From Bdellovibrionales bacterium (GTDB lineage: Bacteria; Bdellovibrionota; Bdellovibrionia; Bdellovibrionales; DASUEL01), in assembly GCA_050250255.1 (NCBI GenBank), contig JBFWOZ010000009.1:16895-80894 (forward strand): a stretch of 64,000 nucleotides of DNA, in the 5' to 3' direction. The notes beneath the pieces were generated by a model that saw nothing but the letters and a program-made list of their open reading frames with translations, was not told the origin of the DNA and did not search any database. The position numbers were made by a program, and so were the translations under genes. Numbering within the stretch: the stretch's first letter is position 1; each line of letters begins with the position of its first letter. This document shows positions 47,814 to 57,886 of the stretch, one piece after another.

Positions 47814-48887
47814 ATGGGTTGGCGATTTGGCTGGGAAGAAATTCCCGAACGAAGCCGTGGGTTAACGTTTGATGATCTCTTAATAACCCCTAACAAATCT
47901 GAGATTCGCTCGCGCCGCGATCCTGATCTTAAAACTCTTTTTACTCGAAAAATTCAAATTGGAATCCCCATCATCAGCGCCAACATGGACACCATTACGG
48001 AAGCCGATATGGCTATCAGCATACGTTCCATTGGAGGCATCGGAATTCTTCACCGCTTTATGTCGATTGCCGATCAAGCCGCTCAAGTGGCAAAGGTGAA
48101 AGAGGCGAAGGCCACTCCTATTATCGCCAGCGTCGGCGTCAACTCTGATGAAAAAGAGCGAGCCGCGGCTCTCATCAAAGCCGGTGCTGAAGGCCTAACT
48201 GTAGACATTGCTCACGGTCATAGCATCGCCATGATCGAAACCGTCAAATTCCTCAAAAAAGAATACCCCCATATTGAAGTGATCGCAGGAAACGTCGCCA
48301 CTCCTGAAGCGACCAAAGAGTTGATTGAAGCAGGAGCTGATGCCATCAAAGTTGGAATTGGGCCAGGCTCTATGTGTACCACCCGTGTCATCACAGGTTG
48401 CGGAGTTCCGCAAGTTACAGCTATCGCGATTTGTGCGATGGCGGCAAAAAATACGGGTGTTCCTATCATTGCAGATGGCGGCATTAAATCTTCCGGCGAT
48501 ATCGTCAAAGCTCTTGCTGCAGGCGCAAGCTCGGTCATGCTCGGGTCTATGCTCTCAGGCACTCTCGAAACTCCCGGAGAAGTACGCCAAGGTCGCAAAC
48601 AGTACCGTGGAATGGCTTCGCGACAAGCTCAAACTTCTTGGCGCGGAGGAGTTCCTGAGGGAATGGCTCCCGAAGGCGAAGCTACAACTGTTGCCGTAAA
48701 AGGCCACGTTCGTGATGTGATTCTCGAACTCTGTGGTGGTATCCGTAGTGGGATGAGTTACATCAGTGCGAATGAAGTAAAGGAAATAGCAGAGAAGACT
48801 CTTTTTGTCGAAATGAGCCAGGCTGGATATTTTGAATCTCACGCTCACGGAGTCTCACGCACTACACCTGTCTGGGATAAAACTTAA
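47814..48887 (+). CDS. GuaB-family IMP dehydrogenase/GMP reductase lacking CBS domains
   Basis: [40 protein letters not shown] and PEG motifs. Confidence 0.85.
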   Translation: MGWRFGWEEIPERSRGLTFDDLLITPNKSEIRSRRDPDLKTLFTRKIQIGIPIISANMDTITEADMAISIRSIGGIGILHRFMSIADQAAQVAKVKEAKATPIIASVGVNSDEKERAAALIKAGAEGLTVDIAHGHSIAMIETVKFLKKEYPHIEVIAGNVATPEATKELIEAGADAIKVGIGPGSMCTTRVITGCGVPQVTAIAICAMAAKNTGVPIIADGGIKSSGDIVKALAAGASSVMLGSMLSGTLETPGEVRQGRKQYRGMASRQAQTSWRGGVPEGMAPEGEATTVAVKGHVRDVILELCGGIRSGMSYISANEVKEIAEKTLFVEMSQAGYFESHAHGVSRTTPVWDKT

Positions 48888-48890
48888 TCA

Positions 48891-49949
48891 ATGTCCTCTT
48901 TGATTCAATTATTCCAGAGTCTTTTTCGGCAGCGTCGATTCTATTATCTTCTTACGGGATTCTTTCTTTTAGGAATCATCTGGGGAATCGGATACCGTTC
49001 ATTTTTTTTAAAACCCGGCTTTATTCTGATTCCGCAAAAGAAAAACTTAAAAGTTTTGGCGCTGGAGAATACTTTCCCAAGCGATATTATTGAAGGGTTT
49101 CAAACCCACTCAAAGATTGAAGTCGATCTCGCTTATTTTAAAACTCCTGAAGAATTATTAAAATTTGCTTCTGAAAATTCTTTTGATGTCGTGGTCTTTA
49201 AATCCTATTTAGCGAACCAACTTTTAGAAAAAAAGTTTCTAGCGCCTCTCGACCATGCTCGCATTCAAAATTGGCCCATGATTTCTCACGACTTTCTTGG
49301 ACTTAGCTTTGATCCTGAAAATGATTTTTTTGTGCCACTCGGTTGGGGACTTATGGGGTTTCTCTACCTTCCCTCAAAGTGGACGCACCCCCCTCACCTG
49401 ATCAAAGATTTTTTAACTTCCACATATGAAGGAAAAATTGCACTAAATCCAAGAGAGGAAGACCTTTTTTTCTTAGCTGAGAAAAAGTGGAGTATTCAAA
49501 AACATTCCGACGACAAACTAAAAGCCCAAGCTCTCTTAGAGTTTCAAAAGCTGAAGCTATTAGCCGCTCAGCCTCCACTGCCACCATTTTCCATCACAGA
49601 TGTTGAACTTCAAACGACTCCCCGTTTCGCATTTTATTTGTCTCATGGTGAAGGTTTCCATTTGGCTCAGAATAATAAAGCCTGGCGCTTTATTGTTCCT
49701 GAAGATGGTGCGCTCCTTTGGACTTTGAATCTGGCTCTTTCTCATCAAAGCCCAAATATCTCCTTAGGGTATGAATTTATTGATTATATGCTCGCACAAG
49801 AAGTGGCGCCAGACTTCGCTATCTTACAAAAGACAGGGACCACGGTAATCCTTCAAAACAAAACAATTCCCGATCACCTAAACTATTCATATTTACAAAA
49901 GCTAAACCCCCAGTCCTTAACTCTCGCACGTGGTCGAATCTCACCTTGA
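48891..49949 (+). CDS. Divergent PotD/PotF-like extracellular solute-binding protein
   Basis: N-terminal TM; FDPENDFFVPLGWG, VPEDGALLW and YEFIDYML parallel PotD motifs. Confidence 0.65.
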   Translation: MSSLIQLFQSLFRQRRFYYLLTGFFLLGIIWGIGYRSFFLKPGFILIPQKKNLKVLALENTFPSDIIEGFQTHSKIEVDLAYFKTPEELLKFASENSFDVVVFKSYLANQLLEKKFLAPLDHARIQNWPMISHDFLGLSFDPENDFFVPLGWGLMGFLYLPSKWTHPPHLIKDFLTSTYEGKIALNPREEDLFFLAEKKWSIQKHSDDKLKAQALLEFQKLKLLAAQPPLPPFSITDVELQTTPRFAFYLSHGEGFHLAQNNKAWRFIVPEDGALLWTLNLALSHQSPNISLGYEFIDYMLAQEVAPDFAILQKTGTTVILQNKTIPDHLNYSYLQKLNPQSLTLARGRISP

Positions 49950-50093
49950 GACATCTATAAATCAATACACGAGGCATAGAGTCTCGACATGTAAATCTCC
50001 TCATCGAATCTACAGAATTTGTTGATGAAACCGATAAGTTTAAAGTCGAGTGGCGCCTTAATTTGCCGACTCGATTTGAAGGAGACTCATTGT

Positions 50094-50342
50094 ATGTCGA
50101 AGAAAGAACAAGCAACTAATGGTCAGCAAAAAGTAGCACAAATTGGTGGTCCCGGCATTGGTGCCAACCAAACTTCTGTAAACAAATGTTTAGCAGATTG
50201 CGGTAAGAAACCTCAAGTTGCTGGCTTTTGCGAAGAACATTTTCGTTGGTTTAAAGAAGGTATGATTACTAAAGAGGGCAAAAAGCCTGTGGATTTTGAT
50301 AAGAAACTCCTCAATTTCATGAAAAAGAAAAAAGCGGCTTAA
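50094..50342 (+). CDS. Small basic protein with C-x3-C…C-x2-H motif (possible Zn-binding)
   Basis: AAGGAG RBS before ATG 50094; CLADC…FCEEH. Confidence 0.7.
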   Translation: MSKKEQATNGQQKVAQIGGPGIGANQTSVNKCLADCGKKPQVAGFCEEHFRWFKEGMITKEGKKPVDFDKKLLNFMKKKKAA

Positions 50343-50370
50343 TTTAAGTTCGCCTTAAAGAGGTAATTGT

Positions 50371-52032
50371 TTGAATCGCCGGAACCAGGGTGCAGTTGTT
50401 ATTCCTATTAGACCCCAAAGCGACAGAAGACTTGCAAGTTCTTCTGAGCTGGGCCGTCTATTGTCTCAACATGAGACTGGCGAAGTTCTCGACCTCATTC
50501 TAGAAAAGGCCGTACAGAACATTAATGCTGAGGGCGGTAGCATTTACTTTATCCAAGACTTAAAACAAGAATCCTTTGGAGGCACTCTCCCCCGGTTCCA
50601 TAAAGTTTTACGCTTTTATCGCAGTATCAATATTGAATTGAACAAAAAAGATCTTCATACCTCCTACATTGGCATCGATAATAAAAGTATTGCCGGATAT
50701 GTCGCCCTGACTGGGGAAATCGTTCGTCTCAACGATTGTTACAAACTTCCAAAAGAAACACCCTACCGCTTTGATGACACTTTCGATCTTCAATCTCAAT
50801 ATCGAACAAAATCTGTGCTCTCGGTGCCGATCAAATCTTCATCAGGAAGCGTGATTGGGGTTGTACAACTCGTCAATAAACGAACGAAAAAGCGAAATGC
50901 AAAAACCGGCAGATATCAAATCACTTCTTTTTCTCTTCAAGATGCACAATTGATTGAAGCGCTCGCTTCACAAACCGCCATTGCTCTAGAGAATGCAAAA
51001 CTTTCTAGCGACATCGCAAATCTCTTCGAAAGTTTCGTTCGGGCTTCTGTTACTGCCATTGAGTCTCGTGATCCCACGACGAGCGGTCATAGTGATCGTG
51101 TTGCTGCGATGACGGTGGCTCTAGCAAAAGTGGTAGACCAAACAAGCTATGGGCCTTTCCGACAGGTTAAGTTTTCTCCCCAACAACTTCAAGAAATTCG
51201 CTACGCGAGCCTCCTTCATGACTTTGGAAAAATCGGTGTACGCGAGAATTTACTTTTAAAGGCAAAAAAACTTTTCCCTAATGAGCTTGAAGTTATTATG
51301 TTACGCATTGACTCCGTTCGAGCAAAACATGAAACCCAAATGTGGAAAGGGTTCGCCGAGCATTTAATTCAATGCCAATCAGAAGCTTGCAAAAGGAACG
51401 ATCTCCAATTGGTCCAGCAGCCAGAACAACTCTATTTAAAAACTCAAGAACAGCTAGACCAGTACAACCGCAATCTAGAAACACTTCGCAGCAACATCTT
51501 AAAAGCGAATGAATCCCAAGTGATGGACGGAGACTTTGATATCGAATCTCTTATCCGTTTTATTCAAACTCTCTCTCAGCAGACAGGCCAGCTCATCCTG
51601 AGCGATAACGAAACACTTCGGCTTTCGATTAAGCGTGGAACTCTCTCTAATGATGAGCGTAAACAAATTGAAAGCCACGTCAGCCATACCTTCCAGTTTT
51701 TAAGACAAATTGCTTGGACCGACGCTTTATCCAGCGTTCCTAATATTGCCCATGCACACCATGAAAAGCTCGATGGAACAGGCTATCCCTTAGGTCTCAA
51801 AAAAGATCAGATTCCTCTTCAATCAAGAATGATGGCTATTAGTGATATCTACGACGCTCTCACCGCCATGGATCGCCCCTATAAACGAGCGGTGAGCCAA
51901 GAAAGGGCGATCGAAATCCTTCACATTGAATCAAAACAAGGCAAGTTAGACACCGAACTTCTCAAAATTTTTATTGAAAGCGCTGCTTTTAAAGAGGCTC
52001 TCAAGATTGATAAGATCAAACGCTCCGCTTAA
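50371..52032 (+). CDS. GAF + HD-GYP cyclic-dinucleotide phosphodiesterase
   Basis: GAF motifs (FDxxxxYRTKS, QLVNK), GHSDRV, LLHDFGK, HHEKLDGTGYP and DIYDAL…RPYK. Confidence 0.92.
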   Translation: MNRRNQGAVVIPIRPQSDRRLASSSELGRLLSQHETGEVLDLILEKAVQNINAEGGSIYFIQDLKQESFGGTLPRFHKVLRFYRSINIELNKKDLHTSYIGIDNKSIAGYVALTGEIVRLNDCYKLPKETPYRFDDTFDLQSQYRTKSVLSVPIKSSSGSVIGVVQLVNKRTKKRNAKTGRYQITSFSLQDAQLIEALASQTAIALENAKLSSDIANLFESFVRASVTAIESRDPTTSGHSDRVAAMTVALAKVVDQTSYGPFRQVKFSPQQLQEIRYASLLHDFGKIGVRENLLLKAKKLFPNELEVIMLRIDSVRAKHETQMWKGFAEHLIQCQSEACKRNDLQLVQQPEQLYLKTQEQLDQYNRNLETLRSNILKANESQVMDGDFDIESLIRFIQTLSQQTGQLILSDNETLRLSIKRGTLSNDERKQIESHVSHTFQFLRQIAWTDALSSVPNIAHAHHEKLDGTGYPLGLKKDQIPLQSRMMAISDIYDALTAMDRPYKRAVSQERAIEILHIESKQGKLDTELLKIFIESAAFKEALKIDKIKRSA

Positions 52033-52053
52033 ACAAAATCCCCCACATTCGTC

Positions 52054-52081
52054 TCAACTTTTATAGGTCCTGTGCCGATCT
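52054..52081 (+). promoter_or_regulatory. sigma28 (FliA)-like promoter of the PilZ gene
   Basis: TCAAC-N15-GCCGATCT, compared with the consensus TAAAG-N15-GCCGATAA. Confidence 0.45.
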
Positions 52082-52092
52082 TTATCATAGAC

Positions 52093-52821
52093 ATGATACA
52101 TCGCCCATTTAGCATCATCATTTTGACTTTCCTTTTTGCTCTTGTGACACCCGTGTCAGCACTGCTTTGGCTTTTTCAACATGATGGAAATTATTTTTTA
52201 GCGGCGAAAGAAGCTAACCCAATTCTTGTGGGCTTTTGCGTTGCTTCTTGCCTTGTGAGTTTAGGAATTTGGCGCGTAAAGAGCTGGGGATACTTTTCTT
52301 TTCTCGCTCTCGCCGTCAGCACTCTTTGCTACTTAACTTATCAATACGTCATGAACATGGATGCCTACTTCCATATTAATATTATGGTCTGTGCACTATT
52401 CTCAACGGCTGCTGCTTTCTTTTTACAAAAGCATGTCTCTGCACCTTACTTTAATCCAAAACTTCGATGGTGGGATCGTAATCCGCGCTATCGAATCCAG
52501 ATCGCTGCTAAATTCCAAATTGATCGTCAGACACGTAAGGGAAATCTTCTCGATATCTCTAAAGGTGGATGTTTTACCGAACTCGATACAAAACTTATCG
52601 TCGGCGAAGAGATTGAAATTCGCATCATGCTTTTAAAATTTGATTTTACAACAAAGGCTAAAGTGATTTGGTCCTGTGAAGATCCTAAAGGCTACGGATT
52701 ACTTTTCCAAGGTATGACTTCTCGCCATCGCAAAGAACTCAACCAAATCATTCAGTACTTGGTAGACTCTATGGGCGAACAAGGCCCTGTTATCAACAAA
52801 GGCATCTCCGCCGCTTCTTGA
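52093..52821 (+). CDS. Membrane protein with C-terminal PilZ domain
   Basis: Four TM helices followed by RNPRYR and DISKGG. Confidence 0.8.
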   Translation: MIHRPFSIIILTFLFALVTPVSALLWLFQHDGNYFLAAKEANPILVGFCVASCLVSLGIWRVKSWGYFSFLALAVSTLCYLTYQYVMNMDAYFHINIMVCALFSTAAAFFLQKHVSAPYFNPKLRWWDRNPRYRIQIAAKFQIDRQTRKGNLLDISKGGCFTELDTKLIVGEEIEIRIMLLKFDFTTKAKVIWSCEDPKGYGLLFQGMTSRHRKELNQIIQYLVDSMGEQGPVINKGISAAS

Positions 52822-52833
52822 TTCAATCCAGGA

Positions 52834-53946
52834 TTAACGATTCTGTACTTTTAAGTTGCTAAACGGTCGTGTCGCGCGACCCTGATGATTTTGCTTCAAG
52901 CGTCCGATCGTATCGATACGTCGTTGAGCCATCACATGAGCCGCGGTGTTGGTAGATACTCTTTCGGACTCTGCAATCTGGAAGATGTTCATGAGATTAT
53001 CATAAATCTTATTCACAATTTCCATTGAGCGTTCTTTAGAATAACCTTCGAGCTCCACCCATACATTTACAAGTCCACCGGCATTGATGACGAAATCAGG
53101 GGCGTACAAGATCCCAAGCTCTTTTAGCATGTCTCCATGTTTTGGTTCTGCCAATTGGTTGTTGGCGGCTCCTGCAATAATTTTACATCGCAATTTATTG
53201 ATCGTTTGATCGTTGATGACCGCTCCCATCGCACATGGAGCAAAAATATCACAATCGGTAGCGACAATTTCTTCTGTACTACAAGCGTTGGCACCGAATT
53301 GAGTTACAACGCTGTTCATTTTTTCTTTATCGATATCCGCCACAGTGATCACCGCTTTTTCTCTCTGAAGAAGAGAAACGAGATGGTAACCGACATGACC
53401 AAGTCCTTGAACAGCGACCTTTAATCCCTTTAAACTTTCGCTACCGAATTTTGTTTTCGCACAAGCTTTCATTCCAATGAGAGTTCCCTGCGCTGTAAAA
53501 GGGCTTGGATCTCCAGAACCACCAAGAGCACTGGATGTCCCAGTGACCCAAGGAGTTTCCATCAACACGTGTTCCATATCTTTGACCGAGGTTCCAACAT
53601 CTTCTGCCGTGATGTAACGACCGTTGAGTGAGTTAACAAATTGTCCGAAGGCACGAAAAAGGCCTTCGGACTTATGAGTTTTGGGATCTCCGATAATCAC
53701 GGCTTTCCCACCACCGAGGTTAAGACCTGCTGCCGACGCTTTGTAAGTCATTCCACGTGAGAGTCGAAGCACATCCACTAAAGCTTCATCATCGCTTTTG
53801 TAATTCCACATGCGAGTGCCACCAAGCGCGGGCCCTAGTGCTGTGTTATGAATGGCAATGATGGCCTTCAATCCCACTTCTTTGTTGTGACAAAAAATAA
53901 CTTCTTCGTGGTCCCCGTGCTTTTGAATGACATCAAATACCGACAT
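52834..53946 (-). CDS. ldh: Leucine dehydrogenase (Glu/Leu/Phe/Val dehydrogenase family)
   Basis: GPALGGTR, GMTYK, GGGKAVI, YITAEDVG, QGLGHVG and GAANNQL. Confidence 0.9.
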   Translation of the reverse strand: MSVFDVIQKHGDHEEVIFCHNKEVGLKAIIAIHNTALGPALGGTRMWNYKSDDEALVDVLRLSRGMTYKASAAGLNLGGGKAVIIGDPKTHKSEGLFRAFGQFVNSLNGRYITAEDVGTSVKDMEHVLMETPWVTGTSSALGGSGDPSPFTAQGTLIGMKACAKTKFGSESLKGLKVAVQGLGHVGYHLVSLLQREKAVITVADIDKEKMNSVVTQFGANACSTEEIVATDCDIFAPCAMGAVINDQTINKLRCKIIAGAANNQLAEPKHGDMLKELGILYAPDFVINAGGLVNVWVELEGYSKERSMEIVNKIYDNLMNIFQIAESERVSTNTAAHVMAQRRIDTIGRLKQNHQGRATRPFSNLKVQNR

Positions 53947-54068
53947 GATATGGCCTCACTTATTGGGTTTGGAGCATCCTAATTTTTTCAATTTTATGTG
54001 TCGAGAAAAAAGGCATTTTTAGAAGGGAGAAATAACGCGCATCTGTATAGCAGACACCTATTTAAAAG

Positions 54069-54923
54069 CTATTGGAAGGCGTACAAAAGAACAAAGTGGT
54101 AACCGACGTAGGTGTTCTTTTCGATATAATAACGGGGTTCAAATTTAAGGATGAGCGGATGCGTTCGGTAGCTCAACGAACCATTCATTACGATTCCCAT
54201 ATCTGTGCGATTATAGCTGGTAGGATCCGCCTGAATGTAACTTAAAGCCAGCATAGGACCAGCACCAATAGTGAAGGCTCCGTTTTGTTCTAGAAAATTA
54301 GCCACGGCGTAAGTCAAAATAAAATCCATAATGGCAATATGACCTGCAGCGGTGGTCGTTGGAGAATTATAGTAACTTGGAGCTCCATGATAATAAAGTA
54401 GGTCAGCTTCCATTCCAAAAGAGCCATCAATAAAACTGGCACGGGAAGCGTATTGAAGACCTAAAAACATCAAGTTTTCTGAGAAATCACGGCGGTTGAG
54501 CAGCTCGCGATAATTGAGAAAGCCTAGATTCAAACCAATCCCTTGTGTCACTCCTACTGGACTGAGGCGTTCTTGACCTTGTTTTTTTCGAACCGAAGTT
54601 TTTTTGGTATCTAAGCTTTTTCCAGAATTGATTTCTGAAAGCGGGCGCCCATCCACACTTAAGAGATCCGTATCGGCCATATAACCAATCACTCCACTTT
54701 TCAGTCGCACCCGATGGAAGGCTCCAAACGGCTTTGAAGAAATAGGGAGTTTTTCTCCTCGAGATAAATAATTAATGACAGTAGAATCAAAATCCGCAGA
54801 TTTGTAAACCATCGCTCCTTCAACAGCAACGACACCTTCTTGCGCGGAAAAAGCAATAGTTGGCGAGACACACCACAGAGTAATTACTAAAATTTTTTTT
54901 ATATTTGTAAACGTAATTTCCAT
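54069..54923 (-). CDS. SH3-domain protein with probable C-terminal outer-membrane beta-barrel
   Basis: Signal peptide, an SH3b-like N-domain (…VIGYM), amphipathic beta strands and a near-terminal Phe. Confidence 0.6.
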   Translation of the reverse strand: MEITFTNIKKILVITLWCVSPTIAFSAQEGVVAVEGAMVYKSADFDSTVINYLSRGEKLPISSKPFGAFHRVRLKSGVIGYMADTDLLSVDGRPLSEINSGKSLDTKKTSVRKKQGQERLSPVGVTQGIGLNLGFLNYRELLNRRDFSENLMFLGLQYASRASFIDGSFGMEADLLYYHGAPSYYNSPTTTAAGHIAIMDFILTYAVANFLEQNGAFTIGAGPMLALSYIQADPTSYNRTDMGIVMNGSLSYRTHPLILKFEPRYYIEKNTYVGYHFVLLYAFQ

Positions 54924-55600
54924 ACTCTCAAGAAAGCCTCAACAACAATTTTGGAGGACATCTTACTCTGCCCTACCCGACGCTCTTCAAAAAGAATGGG
55001 AATCTCAGAAATTTTAAACCCTTTTTTGAGGGCACGATATTTTAATTCAATTTGAAAACTATAACCCTCTGATTTCACTTTTTCTAATTCAATAGCTTGT
55101 AGCACATTTCGTTTCCAACCGTTAAATCCACCAGTCCAATCTTGAAGAGGAAACCCGAGAATGAGACGAGAATAAATCCCACCACCGCGGCTTAAAATCT
55201 TACGACCCAATCCCCAGTTTTGAGTTCCCCCGCCCTTGACATAACGAGACCCCACCACAACTTCGGCCCCCGCTTCTCCGGCTTTCAAAATATTTTTTAA
55301 ATCTAATGGCCGATGAGAAAAATCCGCATCCATTTCTACGACAAATTCATAACCATGTTTTAATGCCCAATCAAAACCGGCAAGATAGGCGCGACCCAAA
55401 CCCTGCTTACCGGGGCGTTCTAATAAATGAATTTCGGGGTGTTTTTTAGCAAGCTCTTTTACGACGGCACCTGTACCGTCAGGAGAATTATCATCTACGA
55501 CAAGAATATGGACAGGCCCTACCGTCGAAAAAATTTCCGGTATGATTTGAGAAATGCTTTCCTTCTCATTGTAGGTCGGGATCACGACGAGTGACTTCAT
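54899..55600 (-). CDS. Polyprenol monophosphomannose synthase (GT2, Ppm1/Dpm1-like)
   Basis: IPTYNE, VDDNSPDGT, GLGRAY, EMDADFSH, GSRY and GYSFQIE. Confidence 0.9.
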   Translation of the reverse strand: MKSLVVIPTYNEKESISQIIPEIFSTVGPVHILVVDDNSPDGTGAVVKELAKKHPEIHLLERPGKQGLGRAYLAGFDWALKHGYEFVVEMDADFSHRPLDLKNILKAGEAGAEVVVGSRYVKGGGTQNWGLGRKILSRGGGIYSRLILGFPLQDWTGGFNGWKRNVLQAIELEKVKSEGYSFQIELKYRALKKGFKISEIPILFEERRVGQSKMSSKIVVEAFLRVWKLRLQI

Positions 55601-55678
55601 AGACCTTTACCTCTCCATTAGAATCTCTAGTATTCATGAGACCACTCTGAGAGGCAACAAAAACCAACGGTCATGACT

Positions 55679-55885
55679 TTAAGCTGCAGATTTCTCGAAA
55701 GTTTCTTCGATATCGCAAAGATGAGCAATCAGAAAACTTTCCATCAATTGCATAGAGCGGGAGACTTCTTCCTCTGTTCCTTCACACACGACGTTTTCAA
55801 ACGCAACATCCATCTCCGAAAGCAAATCCATTTTACCGCTTTGAACCTGACCCACTAATTTCTCAAAATTTTCAATTGCTGACAT
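55679..55885 (-). CDS. Small acidic hypothetical protein
   Basis: Strong GGGAGG RBS and a sigma28-like TATAG-N14-TCCGATGT upstream. Confidence 0.6.
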   Translation of the reverse strand: MSAIENFEKLVGQVQSGKMDLLSEMDVAFENVVCEGTEEEVSRSMQLMESFLIAHLCDIEETFEKSAA

Positions 55886-55964
55886 AAAGACCTCCCTGTC
55901 TCTCTTTGAAACATCGGAAGCTTACAGAAAAACTATAATTCTCATACTTAGGTCTGAGAAAAAG

Positions 55965-56447
55965 CTAGACCTTCATCTGTAGACGAGAGGCTTTCTTCTC
56001 GGGCGGTAAAATGGGCGCAGTAGGTGTGCTCAGATTTTTAGCCGTGGCCTGAGACGCCTTGTGTGGCCTAAATTGTTTGAGCAGTTGATACGTTTTTTGA
56101 GAGAGAAGAGAATCTGGAGTGAGTTCTAACTGTTCAATTCGCTGTTTTACAAGCGCCGCTGCTTTTTCTGGATGTTTTCTATAGACGTGTGGATCAAAAC
56201 CACAATACTGGCAGACGACTGCTAATCTGTGGCGCATAAGTATGAGGATTTCCATGACAATGAGCAGACAAACAAAAATGACGATGGCTTCGGGATGCAA
56301 GGATTGCCAAAAGATATAAGAAAGCGCCATGGCCATCAAAGAAGCCGCAAACGTATCACTTAAACCAATTCCCTTTTTCATGTAGACGCTTCGCTGAGAT
56401 TTACAAAAAGCGCAGATTCTTTTTTGCGAAGAGGTGAAAAAACCCAT
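55965..56447 (-). CDS. Membrane protein with two CxxC motifs
   Basis: CAFC and CQYC flank two TM helices. Confidence 0.7.
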   Translation of the reverse strand: MGFFTSSQKRICAFCKSQRSVYMKKGIGLSDTFAASLMAMALSYIFWQSLHPEAIVIFVCLLIVMEILILMRHRLAVVCQYCGFDPHVYRKHPEKAAALVKQRIEQLELTPDSLLSQKTYQLLKQFRPHKASQATAKNLSTPTAPILPPEKKASRLQMKV

Positions 56448-56566
56448 AGACTCATTATGGCAGAAACACCCCTAACCCACTATGGCTTTAAGACCCAAGC
56501 CAGATCAAAGCCTAAGTTTCATGACTTGCTCTTTATTCCCACACAAAGTCCTGAAATAATGAGGGC

Positions 56567-57220
56567 ATGAATACATATAAAGCGCTTTTAATGATTCTTA
56601 CACTCGCAGCCTTTTCATCTTTCGCCCAAGCGAACGAGGAAGAAGGTCTAGACTACAACAGCATCGTTAATGAACTCTCTAAGACAAGAACCGAAATGCC
56701 AAAAACAGATAGCGAGTATGGCGATGATCCTCTCTCCCAGGTGGCCATTCACTTGGGCCTCGCCATGACCAACACGAATTTTGGCATTGAACACGTAGAC
56801 GGCACAAAAACCCAAGCAACCCAAAGAGGTATTCAAGCTGCCTTGGGTATCGATCTCCTCTCCCCACGTTGGATGGCGGAAGGTACAATGCAAAACTATT
56901 TCGACAGAGAGTACGAACAAGGTCATGTCTCTCTCCAAGAATTTGATCTCAAAGTTTTTTATAAAAATCGCCTTGATACATCTTTAGGATATCGTATCGG
57001 TGGCGGACTTGCAGCACGATATCTGACTCTTAAGAGCGCCAAGGGGGGCGAGCAAAAATTTACAACGCCCTCTTCTGTTGCAGCTGTGGGACTTGATCTT
57101 TTTATTAATAATACTTTTAGTATTGGTGGCGAAGTCTCTGCTCGTAACTCCTTAGTGGCCAGTGAAACGCCGGATCAATCTTCTATTGATTTCTTGTTAC
57201 GTATAGATGCACACCTTTAA
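56567..57220 (+). CDS. Probable small outer-membrane beta-barrel protein
   Basis: Signal peptide (…FAQA) and alternating amphipathic strands. Confidence 0.6.
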   Translation: MNTYKALLMILTLAAFSSFAQANEEEGLDYNSIVNELSKTRTEMPKTDSEYGDDPLSQVAIHLGLAMTNTNFGIEHVDGTKTQATQRGIQAALGIDLLSPRWMAEGTMQNYFDREYEQGHVSLQEFDLKVFYKNRLDTSLGYRIGGGLAARYLTLKSAKGGEQKFTTPSSVAAVGLDLFINNTFSIGGEVSARNSLVASETPDQSSIDFLLRIDAHL

Positions 57221-57238
57221 CCGATCTGAAAGATTCAT

Positions 57239-57880
57239 ATGGCAGCATGGCTCGAACAACTACGTCTTCCAGAACGCACACGGGAAATTAGTTTTTTCCT
57301 AAAGGCTTTCGTTCGACAACCCTTCATATCCATTCGAAAACTTCCTAACTGGGATTTCGAGACATCCATTCTCTTAGTCGCCTACTGCTCCATCGCCTCT
57401 GCCATCCTCACAGGCCTTTTCATGAAAGGTTTTTTAGCCCTCATCTCCAGCATTATTCTTGTCCCACTCATGACTCTGATTGGTCTTGGACTTGCGACCG
57501 CTTTTTTCCACTACGCCTTTATCTTTCTCTATGATCGATCTATCGATTGGAAAAAAGTTTTCCAAGTTCTCGCAGTCGCGCTTATTCCGTTTATGATTCT
57601 AAGAGTTCTCGGACACTGGCTTGGCCCGATCGTAATGATCGCCTTCGCCATTACTTGCGTGCTCCTAATTGTTGGGTTCGTTGACAATTTCTATCTCCCT
57701 AAACGCGGAATCATTAAGTTAATGGGCCTAATATTTAGTCTTTTCTTCTGTCAGTGGGTCTACTCCACAATCAAGAACACACCTAAAATCGCCGACTACC
57801 GCGACCGCATCTCCAACGACTCCCTAAAAGTCCTCGATGCTGAATTCAGCGATGAACTCAAAAAGAACTCCGAAGAATAA
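57239..57880 (+). CDS. Yip1-like membrane protein
   Basis: About five TM helices in a Yip1-like layout. Confidence 0.55.
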   Translation: MAAWLEQLRLPERTREISFFLKAFVRQPFISIRKLPNWDFETSILLVAYCSIASAILTGLFMKGFLALISSIILVPLMTLIGLGLATAFFHYAFIFLYDRSIDWKKVFQVLAVALIPFMILRVLGHWLGPIVMIAFAITCVLLIVGFVDNFYLPKRGIIKLMGLIFSLFFCQWVYSTIKNTPKIADYRDRISNDSLKVLDAEFSDELKKNSEE

Positions 57881-57886
57881 TTTCTA

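Noticed and set aside
50051..50066. sigma54 promoter TGGCGCCTTAATTTGC
   Set aside because: The GG-to-GC spacing is 11 nt rather than the strict 10; sigma28-like motifs fit this region better.
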